Shown piece by piece: positions 55,706 to 64,000 of a stretch of DNA of 64,000 bases; the stretch's first letter is position 1, and each line of letters opens with the position of its first letter. This DNA comes from Acidimicrobiia bacterium. Its GTDB lineage: Bacteria; Actinomycetota; Acidimicrobiia; Spongiisociales; UBA11373. The stretch is from positions 186,001 to 250,000 of the forward strand of contig JBBDMM010000010.1 of assembly GCA_040878325.1 (NCBI GenBank), written 5' to 3'. A program made the position numbers and the translations under genes. Under the pieces are notes generated by a model, which made no database searches, was not told where the DNA came from, and saw only the letters and a list, made by a program, of their open reading frames with translations.

Positions 55706-57006
55706 GCGAGCTCCTCGGCCACAACTTTCTCCGTGCCCTGTCGCACCTCGGGCAGCGCATAAACCGCATCGACGATGAAGATCTGCGCGAGGCGGCAATC
55801 ACCGCGCTCGCCGACGCGGGCGAGGTGCTCACTGCTGGTTCCGGCGAGGCCGTCATCACCGTCGCTGCCGACGCGTTCTACCTCGATCGGCGAATGCTCG
55901 CCCACGCCTCGACCGAGTTCCACAGCATGCTCCAGTCGATGAAGCAGCGGAGGGTCGACTCGATAACGATTCGCAAGGGGGCTACCCGCCGGGATCTCGC
56001 CGATCTGGCCGCCCTGGTGACGGGCCACTCGTCGGACTTGCCGGCAGACGGCACGGTGCGAATCAACGAGCGGGCGATGTCCACCTCCGATCTCGACATC
56101 CGTCCGATGTCGGGGCTACGCCGTAGCTATGCCGAGTCCCTCGACGCCCTGCGGGGCGTGTCCACCACTCGGACCCTCGAGCTCGGCGAGGTGCTGGATG
56201 TCGTCGACGGATTCATAGCCGGAGGTGCGACCGATCCGGGTGCCTCGCTGCTGATGGCAACCGTGCAAAACCACGACGAGATCACTTACTACCACTCGGT
56301 GAATGTCTGCCTCTTGTCGATGGCGCTGGGGCGCTTCGCCGGCCTTGGGAAGGAGCAGGTGCGGCTGCTCGGACTGGGGGCGCTGCTCCATGACATCGGA
56401 CGCGTCGTGGTGGACGAGGCTGCCCTGTCCCGTGAAGGACGCCTGTCGAACGAGGACTGGGCCCAGGTTCGCCTCCACCCGCAGGAGGGTGCCCTGGCGA
56501 TCCTGACCGCTTCCGGACCCGGTCAGGAACTCGCCGCGGCCGTAGCGCTCGAGCACCATGTGCGTGTCGACGGCGGCGGATATCCCGGCCTGAGCGGACG
56601 ACGCCCCTCGTTGTTCAGCCGCATGGTCGCCATCGCCGACTCCTACGACGCGATCACGTCGCATCGGCCCTACCGCCCGGCCCGTACGCCGAACGAGGCG
56701 CTCCATGTGCTCCTGGCCGGGGCGGGAACGGCCTACGACGCCGATCTACTCAAGCTCTTCATCGAGATGATGGGCCACTACCCGCCGGGGTCGCTCCTCC
56801 GTCTCAATGGAGGTGAGATCGTGATGATTACGCCCGCCGATGGGCCGGTGGTGGTGCGGGAGGGCGACGGTGCCCTCGTCGAACGCCCCCGTCCGATCGT
56901 CTTCCCTCCGGGCGACGTGGTCGCTCAGCTCCTCCCGGCCGAGGCCGGAGTGGACCCCAGTTCTCTGCTCGAAATCCTGGAACAGGGCGAGCACGCCGAA
57001 CGTTGA
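55702..57006 (+). CDS. HD-GYP domain protein (putative cyclic dinucleotide phosphodiesterase)
   Basis: TYYHSVNV, LLHDIG, HP..G, EHHVRVDGGGYP, IADSYDA, RPYR. Confidence 0.9.
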   Translation: MSELLGHNFLRALSHLGQRINRIDDEDLREAAITALADAGEVLTAGSGEAVITVAADAFYLDRRMLAHASTEFHSMLQSMKQRRVDSITIRKGATRRDLADLAALVTGHSSDLPADGTVRINERAMSTSDLDIRPMSGLRRSYAESLDALRGVSTTRTLELGEVLDVVDGFIAGGATDPGASLLMATVQNHDEITYYHSVNVCLLSMALGRFAGLGKEQVRLLGLGALLHDIGRVVVDEAALSREGRLSNEDWAQVRLHPQEGALAILTASGPGQELAAAVALEHHVRVDGGGYPGLSGRRPSLFSRMVAIADSYDAITSHRPYRPARTPNEALHVLLAGAGTAYDADLLKLFIEMMGHYPPGSLLRLNGGEIVMITPADGPVVVREGDGALVERPRPIVFPPGDVVAQLLPAEAGVDPSSLLEILEQGEHAER

Positions 57007-57008
57007 GC

Positions 57009-57092
57009 GAGAATCAAGACTCAAGAATCAAGAGCCAAGATTCAAGAACCAAGAATCGATTGCTGGGCTCGTCTTGGTTCTTGGCTCTTGCT
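57009..57092. repeat. Inverted pair of CAAGA-core heptamer arrays, same type as 8425 and 27257
   Basis: agaatca-agactca-agaatca-agagcca-agattca-agaacca ... tcttggt-tcttggc-tcttgc. Confidence 0.9.
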
Positions 57093-57149
57093 TCCGGTCC
57101 GAGCGACCCTGTTCTCTGACCAACCGCCTCTCTCTATCATGAACTCTCA

Positions 57150-59777
57150 ATGGCCTTTCTGAAGAAGATCCTTCGCGCGGGCGAAGGCAAGTCACTCAAA
57201 ATCCTCGAGCGCCTCGTCGTCGCGGTGAACGCCTTCGAACCGGCGATCTCCGCGCTGTCCGATGAGCAGTTGCGTGCCAAGACGGCAGAGTTCAGGCAAC
57301 GCCTGGCGGACGGGTCGACCCTCGCCGACATTGAGGCCGAGGCGTTCGCCGTCGTCCGGGAAGCGGCGAAGCGGGTTCTCGGCCAACGGCACTTCGATGT
57401 CCAGGTCATCGGCGCTGGCGCGCTCCACGATGGCTCCATCGCCGAGATGAAGACCGGTGAGGGCAAGACGCTGGTGTCGACCATGCCGGCATACCTCAAC
57501 GCACTCGAAAGCAAGGGTGTCCACATCGTCACGGTCAACGACTACCTGGCGCGCCGCGATGCCGAGTGGATGGGGGCGATCCATCGCTTCCTCGGGCTCG
57601 AAGTGGGTCTGATTCAGTCGGACATGCAACCCGAAGAACGCCGGCCCCAGTACGCCGCAGACATCACCTACGGCACGAACAACGAGTTCGGTTTCGACTA
57701 TCTGCGCGACAACATGGCGATGGATCCCCGCTACATGGTGCAGCGCGGGCACAACTACGCGATCGTCGACGAGGTGGACTCGATCCTCGTCGACGAGGCG
57801 AGGACGCCACTGATCATCAGCGGACGAGTCGCCGAGACCGCCAAGTGGTATCGCGACTTCGCCCGCATCGCCGATCGCCTCAAGGACGAGATCCATTATG
57901 AGATCGACGAAGGCAAACGCCAGGTGATCACCACCGAGGGGGGCGTGACCCAGGTGGAGAAATTCCTCGGGGTCGAGAACATGTACGACCACACGAATGT
58001 CGACCTCGTGCATCACCTCGATGTCGCGTTGAAGGCGAAGACGCTCTACAAGCGCGACGTCGACTATGTGATCACCAACGGCGAGATCAAGATCGTCGAC
58101 GAGTTCACCGGACGCATCCTCGAGGGCCGTCGTTACAGCGAGGGTCTCCACCAGGCGATCGAGGCAAAGGAGGGCGTGCGGATCAAAGAGGAGAACCAGA
58201 CTCTGGCGACGATCACCCTCCAGAACTTCTTCCGGCTCTACGACAAGCTGGCGGGAATGACCGGCACCGCATCCACCGAAGCCGGCGAGTTCATGGAGAT
58301 CTACAAACTCGAAGTCGTCGAGGTGCCCACCAATGAGCCCGTTGCGCGCCTCGATCAACCCGACCTCGTCTATATGACCGAGGACGCCAAGTTTGAGGCC
58401 CTCACCCAGGACATCGTCGAGCGAAACGCCCTCGGGCAGCCGATCTTGATCGGCACGGTCTCCATCGAGAAGTCGGAGCGGCTCTCCAACGTCCTCAAGA
58501 AGCACGGGATCCCCCACGAGGTCCTCAATGCCAAGCAGCATGAGCGGGAGGCCCTGATCATCGCTCAGGCGGGGAGGCTGGGGGGAGTCACCGTGGCCAC
58601 CAACATGGCCGGACGCGGCGTCGACATCAGGCTGGGAGGGAACCCCGAAGAGATGGCGCGTATCGAGATGCGCAAGCGGGGACTCGAGCCCGACACCCCG
58701 GATTGGGACGAAGGGTATGACGAGGCTCACGCGGCGCTCGTTCCCGAAGCCCGTGCGCAGGAGGAGAAGGTGATCGAACTCGGAGGGCTATACGTGCTCG
58801 GCACCGAACGCCACGAGTCACGCCGGATCGACAATCAGCTGCGGGGGCGCTCGGGCCGGCAGGGTGATCCCGGAGAGTCCCGGTTCTACCTGTCCCTCGA
58901 GGATGACCTGATGCGCCGTTTCGCCACCGACCGGGTGCAGTCGATCATGCGGCGGCTCAAGATTCCCGAGGACGTGCCTATCGAGCACGGGATGGTCACC
59001 AAGGCGATCGAGCGCGCCCAGCGCCAGGTCGAGTCGCAGAACTTCGAGATCCGCAAGAACGTGCTGAAGTACGACGAGGTGATGAACCGCCAGCGCGAGG
59101 TCATCTACGGATGGCGGCAGCGGGTCCTCGAGGGCCGAGATACCGAGGAGCTCGTCCGCGACTGGATCGATGAGGTGGTCGAAGGGACGGTCGCCGCTGC
59201 CATCAACGACGACGTGGCGCCATCGAACTGGGACCGCGAGGATCTTCATCAGCGTCTTGTCGCCGTCTTTCCCACCCGGATGCCGTCCGAGTCGCTCGTC
59301 GCCGGAACGTTCACCGTCGATGAAGTAGCTGAGAAAGCGGTCGAAGACGCCCAGGAGGTGTACACCGCTCGGGCCGAGGAACTGGGGCCGGATCTGCTGC
59401 GCTCGCTCGAGCGGACGGTGGTGCTGTCGATCGTCGACAACAAGTGGCGGGAGCACCTGGCCGAGATGGACTACCTGCGTTCAGGTGTCGGTCTGCGGGC
59501 GATGGGTCAACGCGATCCGCTCACCGAGTACCAGCGCGAGGCCTTCGACATGTTCTCCGACATGGTCGACTCGATCAAAGACGACGCCGTCAAATACCTT
59601 TATCACGCCCAGGTCGTCCAACCGAAGGCAAAGCCCGACCCGGTGGTCCAACTGGGTGGTACCGGCGGTGCCGCTCTCAAGCGCCAGGCGACAGCCGATG
59701 GCAAGGTCGGTCGCAACGAACCCTGTCCCTGCGGAAGCGGCAAGAAGTACAAGAAGTGTCATGGGGCCGCTGCGTAG
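57150..59777 (+). CDS. secA: Preprotein translocase SecA with SEC-C motif
   Basis: [81 protein letters not shown]. Confidence 0.98.
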
Positions 59778-59801
59778 CGCCGGCCCCCTAACCTCTCTGG
59801 C

Positions 59802-60909
59802 ATGACCGACGATCCTCGCGCCTCCATCGCCTCGCTTCGTACTCGCCTCGCCGATGCCCGGAGGTTTCTTTGACGTCGAGGCCAAGCGGGATGGTCTCGC
59901 CGACCTGAGGGATCGGGCGGCCGAGCCCAACCTCTGGAGCGACCGCGAGAAAGCCCTCGAAGTCACCCGGACCCTTGCGCGCAATGAGGGGATCGTCGAC
60001 CGGTCGGATCGGCTTTCTGCGGCGATCGATGATGCCGAGCTGCTGCTGCAGCTCGCCGACGAAGAGTCCGATGCCGCCGCCGCCGGCGACGTGGCCCGCG
60101 AGCTCGGCGCGATCGATGCCGAGTTGTCGAAGATCGAACGCGAGGCGCTCTACTTCGGCGAATACGACGACAGCCCGGCAATCCTCAGCGTTCACGCCGG
60201 GGCGGGTGGTGTCGACGCATCAGACTGGGCCGAGATGCTCCTGCGGATGTATCTCCGCTTCCTGGAGCGCTCCGGCTTCGAAGTGGAAGTGGACGAGTAC
60301 CTCGAAGCCGAGGAGGCCGGAATTCGTTCCGCCACGATCACTGTCCGCGGCGACCGGCCATACGGAACGCTCGAAGGGGAGCGCGGCGTACATCGTCTCG
60401 TCCGGATCAGCCCTTTCGACTCGGCGGCCCGAAGGCACACTTCGTTCGCCGGGGTCGACGTGATCCCCGAAGTGGAGGTCGAGGATGTCGAGATCGATCC
60501 CGACGACCTCCGGGTGGACACCTTTCGAGCGTCAGGCGCCGGCGGGCAGCACATCAACAAGACCGACTCGGCGGTGCGGATCACCCACCTGCCCAGCGGG
60601 CTCGTCGTGGCGTGCCAGGCGGAGAGGTCGCAGCTGCAGAATCGCAACAGAGCGATGGCGCTGCTCGCCGCCCGTCTGGCCGAGCTGGCGCGCCGTGAGC
60701 GTGAGGACCATCTCGACGAGATCAGAGGTGAGCAGGGGGAGGCGGCCTGGGGTCGGCAGATTCGCTCCTATGTCCTCCAGCCGTATCAGATGGCCAAGGA
60801 TCTCCGCACCGATACAGAGGTGGGCAATGTCACCGGCGTCCTCGATGGCGAACTGGAGCCATTCGTCGACGCGTATCTGCAGTGGCGTCGCGAGCAAACG
60901 GAGAAATAG
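59802..60909 (+). CDS. prfB: Peptide chain release factor 2, +1 programmed frameshift at 59868-59874
   Basis: ORF1 of 23 codons ends CTT TGA C with GGAGG 3 nt upstream; +1 frame has GAGG, SPF, GGQ, QIRSYV. Confidence 0.96.
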
Positions 60910-61028
60910 CGCAGCGCCTCACAATCACCGGTGTTGTTTTAGGCCACCGCTAACCTCGCCCCGAGCGTCACGGGCGGGTGGGTGCCGACGGCTGACGTCG
61001 AGAGCAGCACTCCGAGAGGCGTATTTAC

Positions 61029-61766
61029 ATGATCCGGTTGCAGGATGTAGCAAAGATCTACGACGGCGGCACCGTTGCCGTCCGGGATGTAGATCTCGAG
61101 ATTTCGAAGGGGGAGTTCGTCTTCCTCGTCGGCCCGTCCGGGTCCGGCAAGTCCACCCTCATCCGCCTGATGCTCCGCCAGGAGCTGCCCACCTCGGGTC
61201 GAATCTGGGTCGCCGGGAAGGACATCACCACGCTCCCCGGCTGGAAGGTGCCCCTGCTCCGCCGCTCGATAGGCACCGTGTTCCAGGACTTCAAGCTGCT
61301 GCCGAGCAAGACCGTTCACGAAAACGTCGCCTTCGCCCTCGAAGTCATCGGCCGCCCGAAGCACGTGATCCGGTCACAAGTGCCGCAGGTGCTGAAGCTG
61401 GTCGGTCTCGCCGCCAAGGCGGATCGCCTGCCCAACCAGCTGTCAGGCGGCGAACAGCAGCGGGTATCGATCGCCCGGGCCTTCGTCAACCGGCCCTTGA
61501 TCTTGCTGGCGGACGAGCCGACGGGAAACCTAGACCCTGCCACCTCGGTCGGGATCATGCGCCTCCTCGACCGGATCAACCGCACCGGGACGACCGTGGT
61601 GATGGCTACGCACGACCACGCCATCGTCGACGCGATGCGGAGACGGGTCGTTGCGCTCGAACGCGGTCGTGTGATTCGCGACCAGAGCCGTGGGGCGTAC
61701 CAGATGGGGGCCGGGGAATCCGTCACTGCCGGTTTCGCCGACGGTCCCGGCGGCGCCGAGGCTTGA
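61029..61766 (+). CDS. ftsE: Cell division ATP-binding protein FtsE
   Basis: [38 protein letters not shown]. Confidence 0.95.
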   Translation: MIRLQDVAKIYDGGTVAVRDVDLEISKGEFVFLVGPSGSGKSTLIRLMLRQELPTSGRIWVAGKDITTLPGWKVPLLRRSIGTVFQDFKLLPSKTVHENVAFALEVIGRPKHVIRSQVPQVLKLVGLAAKADRLPNQLSGGEQQRVSIARAFVNRPLILLADEPTGNLDPATSVGIMRLLDRINRTGTTVVMATHDHAIVDAMRRRVVALERGRVIRDQSRGAYQMGAGESVTAGFADGPGGAEA

Positions 61767-61767
61767 C

Positions 61768-62649
61768 GTGAGGTTCCAATACATCCTCGAGCAGGCGATC
61801 TCGAACCTCCGTCGCAACGTGCTGGTGGTGTTCGCGGCCGTGGTGGCGGTGCTCGTGATGCTCGCCCTGGTGTTCGGGACGATCGTGGTGCGTTGGTCGA
61901 TCGACAAGGACATCGGCCGCTGGGACGACAACGTAAGGGTGATCGCCTTCCTGAGCGACGACCTGAGCATCGAAGAGATCGACGGCATGCAGGCGGAGAT
62001 CCAGACCTGGGGCGAGGTCGACGAGGTCACCTACTTCACCAAGTCTCAGGCGCTCGACGAGTTCCGGGACATCTTCTCCGATCAGCCGTCCCTCATCGAC
62101 ATCGTCGAGGAGGATCCATCGATCCTGCCCGCCTCGTTCCGTATCAAGCCTGCCGAGGCCGCGGACTACTCGGCGATCCGCGACCGGCTGGTGGTGGTTG
62201 ACGGCGTCTCGCAGGTGTCGTCGGCCGACGAGGCGATCGATGCGCTGGTCGCGCGGGCAGGCCATATGCGGGCGTTCGCGCTGTGGATCATGGTCATCCT
62301 CGGGGCGGCGGCGGTGGTGCTGATCGCCAACACCATTCGGATAGCCATCTTCGCCCGCAGGGACGAGATCGGCATCATGAAGCTGGTCGGCGCCGGCAAC
62401 TGGTTCGTACGGATTCCATTCCTGCTGGAGGGCGTGATCGAAGGGGTGATCGGTGCCGTGCTCGCCATCGCCCTGGTGTGGTCGGTGGGCGGTTCTATCG
62501 CCGCGCTGCTGTCCACCGCCACCGACGGCGGGTCGATCAGCCCCCCCACCGACTTCATGCTCCGGCAGGCACTGCTGCTGCTCGGGTTCGGTGCCGGCAC
62601 AGGGTTGCTCGGCAGCGCCTTCGGGATGTGGGGATTCCTGAGAGACTGA
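61768..62649 (+). CDS. ftsX: Cell division permease FtsX
   Basis: NLRRN, IANTIRIAIFARRDEIGIMKLVGA..FVRIPFLLEG. Confidence 0.93.
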   Translation: MRFQYILEQAISNLRRNVLVVFAAVVAVLVMLALVFGTIVVRWSIDKDIGRWDDNVRVIAFLSDDLSIEEIDGMQAEIQTWGEVDEVTYFTKSQALDEFRDIFSDQPSLIDIVEEDPSILPASFRIKPAEAADYSAIRDRLVVVDGVSQVSSADEAIDALVARAGHMRAFALWIMVILGAAAVVLIANTIRIAIFARRDEIGIMKLVGAGNWFVRIPFLLEGVIEGVIGAVLAIALVWSVGGSIAALLSTATDGGSISPPTDFMLRQALLLLGFGAGTGLLGSAFGMWGFLRD

Positions 62650-62659
62650 TGAGCGAGCC

Positions 62660-62755
62660 CTCGCTTCGCTCGGGCGGCGATTGGCGATTGGCGATCCGCA
62701 AGAATCGCCCGAAATCCTGTGGCGCGTTGCGCATCGCGCCTTGCGAATTGCGGCC
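62660..62755. repeat. Head motif plus (GCGATTG)n and degenerate heptamer arrays
   Basis: CTCGCTTCGCTCG, gcgattg x2-gcgatcc ... gcgcgtt-gcgcatc-gcgcctt-gcgaatt. Confidence 0.85.
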
Positions 62756-62786
62756 TCCCTGGACGGATGCAGCCTGGAGATCTGAG

Positions 62787-63245
62787 ATGGCAATCAAAAC
62801 GATCGCTACCAATCGGCGGGCTCGGTTCGACTACGAGATAACCGAGTCGTTCGAAGCCGGCCTCGTGCTGGTCGGCTCGGAGGTGAAGAGCCTGCGCAAC
62901 GGCCGCGCCGACCTCAAGGACTCGTATGCCGCGGTGAAGGAGGGCGAGATGTGGCTGTACGGCCTGAGGATCTCGCCGTACGAATTCGCCGCCGAAGGGG
63001 GACACGACCCCGAACGCCCTCGCAAGCTGCTGCTGCACCGGCTGGAGATCTCCCGAATCGGAGCGAAGCTCGCCGAGAAGGGCCTCACCCTGATCCCCAC
63101 CTCGCTCTACTTCAAGGACGGCAAGGCCAAGGTCGAACTGGGCCTCGGCAAGGGCAAGAGTCGATACGACAAACGAGAAACCGTCAAGCGCCGCGAAGCG
63201 GACCGAGAGATGCAGCGTGCGATCCGGCACAAGAGCATCGACTGA
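62787..63245 (+). CDS. smpB: SsrA-binding protein
   Basis: NRRARFDY, EAGLVLVGSEVKSLR, RKLLLH, GKGK..YDKRE. Confidence 0.97.
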   Translation: MAIKTIATNRRARFDYEITESFEAGLVLVGSEVKSLRNGRADLKDSYAAVKEGEMWLYGLRISPYEFAAEGGHDPERPRKLLLHRLEISRIGAKLAEKGLTLIPTSLYFKDGKAKVELGLGKGKSRYDKRETVKRREADREMQRAIRHKSID

Positions 63246-63247
63246 GC

Positions 63248-63286
63248 CTCGCTTCGCTCGGCCGCGATTGGCGATTGGCGATTGGC
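63248..63286. repeat. Head motif plus (GCGATTG)x3
   Basis: CTCGCTTCGCTCG-gcc-gcgattg x3 just after smpB stop. Confidence 0.88.
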
Positions 63287-63412
63287 AACGATCCTTCACG
63301 GAAGGATCCTCCGCGACGCCCTCGTGAGGTGAACGGGCAGTGGGCGGCCGGAATCCTTTTTGGTCGGGGGCGGTTGTTACAGTCGCATAGAGCGCTCCAC
63401 GCGCGACCCCCT

Positions 63413-63759
63413 GGGGGTGACGTGGTTTCGACTGTGAGGTCGAGGCGCCGGTAGCGAGCCGAGGTCCCCGGAGTCCTCGTTAAAGAACCGGGACAAACAT
63501 ACGTGCCGAAGACAACTTCGCACAGGCTGCCTAACTAAGCGGCCCGTCCGACCGGAGGGCTCCCCCCTCACCGGACCCGGGCGTCGCAATGGGGGATGCT
63601 CCCGCCGGGATGCCGGGACCGGCGGGTCAAGACAACTCCGGCTCAGGGGGTAGGTCCGCCCGCCGATAGGGTCCTGCCTTCCAAAAAAATCTATCGGCTG
63701 CGCTCGGAGAACCGTCGTCAAAAACTCACAGGACCGGGGTTCGACTCCCCGCACCTCCA
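63413..63759 (+). ncRNA. ssrA: tmRNA; tag reading frame AEDNFAQAA* at 63505-63534
   Basis: 5' GGGGGTG pairs with 3' CACCTCC-A with G3-U wobble; GGTTTCGAC near 5' end; T-arm CGGGGTTCGACTCCCCG; downstream of smpB. Confidence 0.96.
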
Positions 63760-63774
63760 CTAGATAGCAGACAA

Positions 63775-63804
63775 GACGAGCCCCCCCCCGGAGGCGGGCT
63801 CGTC
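63775..63804 (+). terminator. GC-rich hairpin after ssrA
   Basis: GACGAGCCC ... GGGCTCGTC. Confidence 0.6.
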
Positions 63805-63820
63805 GGTCCCCGGGGGGAGG

Positions 63821-64000
63821 GTGGAGTCGATCATCTACCACCAGGCCGCCGTTCAGATCGAGACGGGCGGAGTGATCACGATCCTCCGGGCCGATACCTC
63901 CGCCGTTGGTGCCCCCGTTGAATCTCCGCTCGGGGAAGGGGATCGATTCGTGATGTTCCTCGAGTACGTCGAGGGGGAGTCCGCCCCGGGAATCTCGTCG
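63821..64000 (+). CDS. Possible partial ORF running off the window
   Basis: Open frame from GTG 63821 (VESIIYHQAAVQIE...LGEGDRFVMFLEY...); no recognisable family. Confidence 0.35.
   Translation, partial: MESIIYHQAAVQIETGGVITILRADTSAVGAPVESPLGEGDRFVMFLEYVEGESAPGISS

Noticed and set aside
8425..63286. Repeat arrays as CRISPR
   Set aside because: Units are 6-7 nt in tandem with no regular unique spacers, and no cas genes are present

Overview
High-GC bacterial chromosomal segment with one 10-N scaffold gap at 46648-46657. Gene content and order point to Actinomycetota, most likely a deep-branching lineage such as Acidimicrobiia (inference). From about 23 kb onward it follows the ancestral actinobacterial backbone: acyl-CoA carboxylase alpha/beta, birA, LCP, NDP-sugar synthase, cofE, cofD, GT2, DUF3499, manB, Trm112, SIS-domain isomerase, ahcY, comF, hpf, response regulator, secA, prfB, ftsE, ftsX, smpB, ssrA. 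The whiB, manA and mtrAB-lpqB genes usual for this block are absent. The first 23 kb holds mixed metabolic and envelope genes (tkt, sat-cysC, pepA, sugar transferase/flippase, SpoIID-type hydrolase, sirtuin, class A PBP, split methylmalonyl-CoA mutase). I found no CRISPR array, prophage, integrase, transposase, rRNA or tRNA. Most notable: (1) a dense family of intergenic elements built from tandem 7-mers or 6-mers, often in inverted pairs, several sharing a 13-nt head and several supplying the stop codon of a neighbouring gene; (2) three tiny Cys/His-rich proteins behind a palindromic operator, one with a TFIIS/TFS-like zinc-ribbon pattern; (3) an RF2 +1 programmed frameshift; (4) a HEAT-repeat/HD-GYP pair coupled to hpf and an orphan response regulator; (5) several apparent pseudo-enzymes, a probable CTG start, and widespread leaderless promoter architecture. 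All family assignments come from motif recognition by eye, not database searches.
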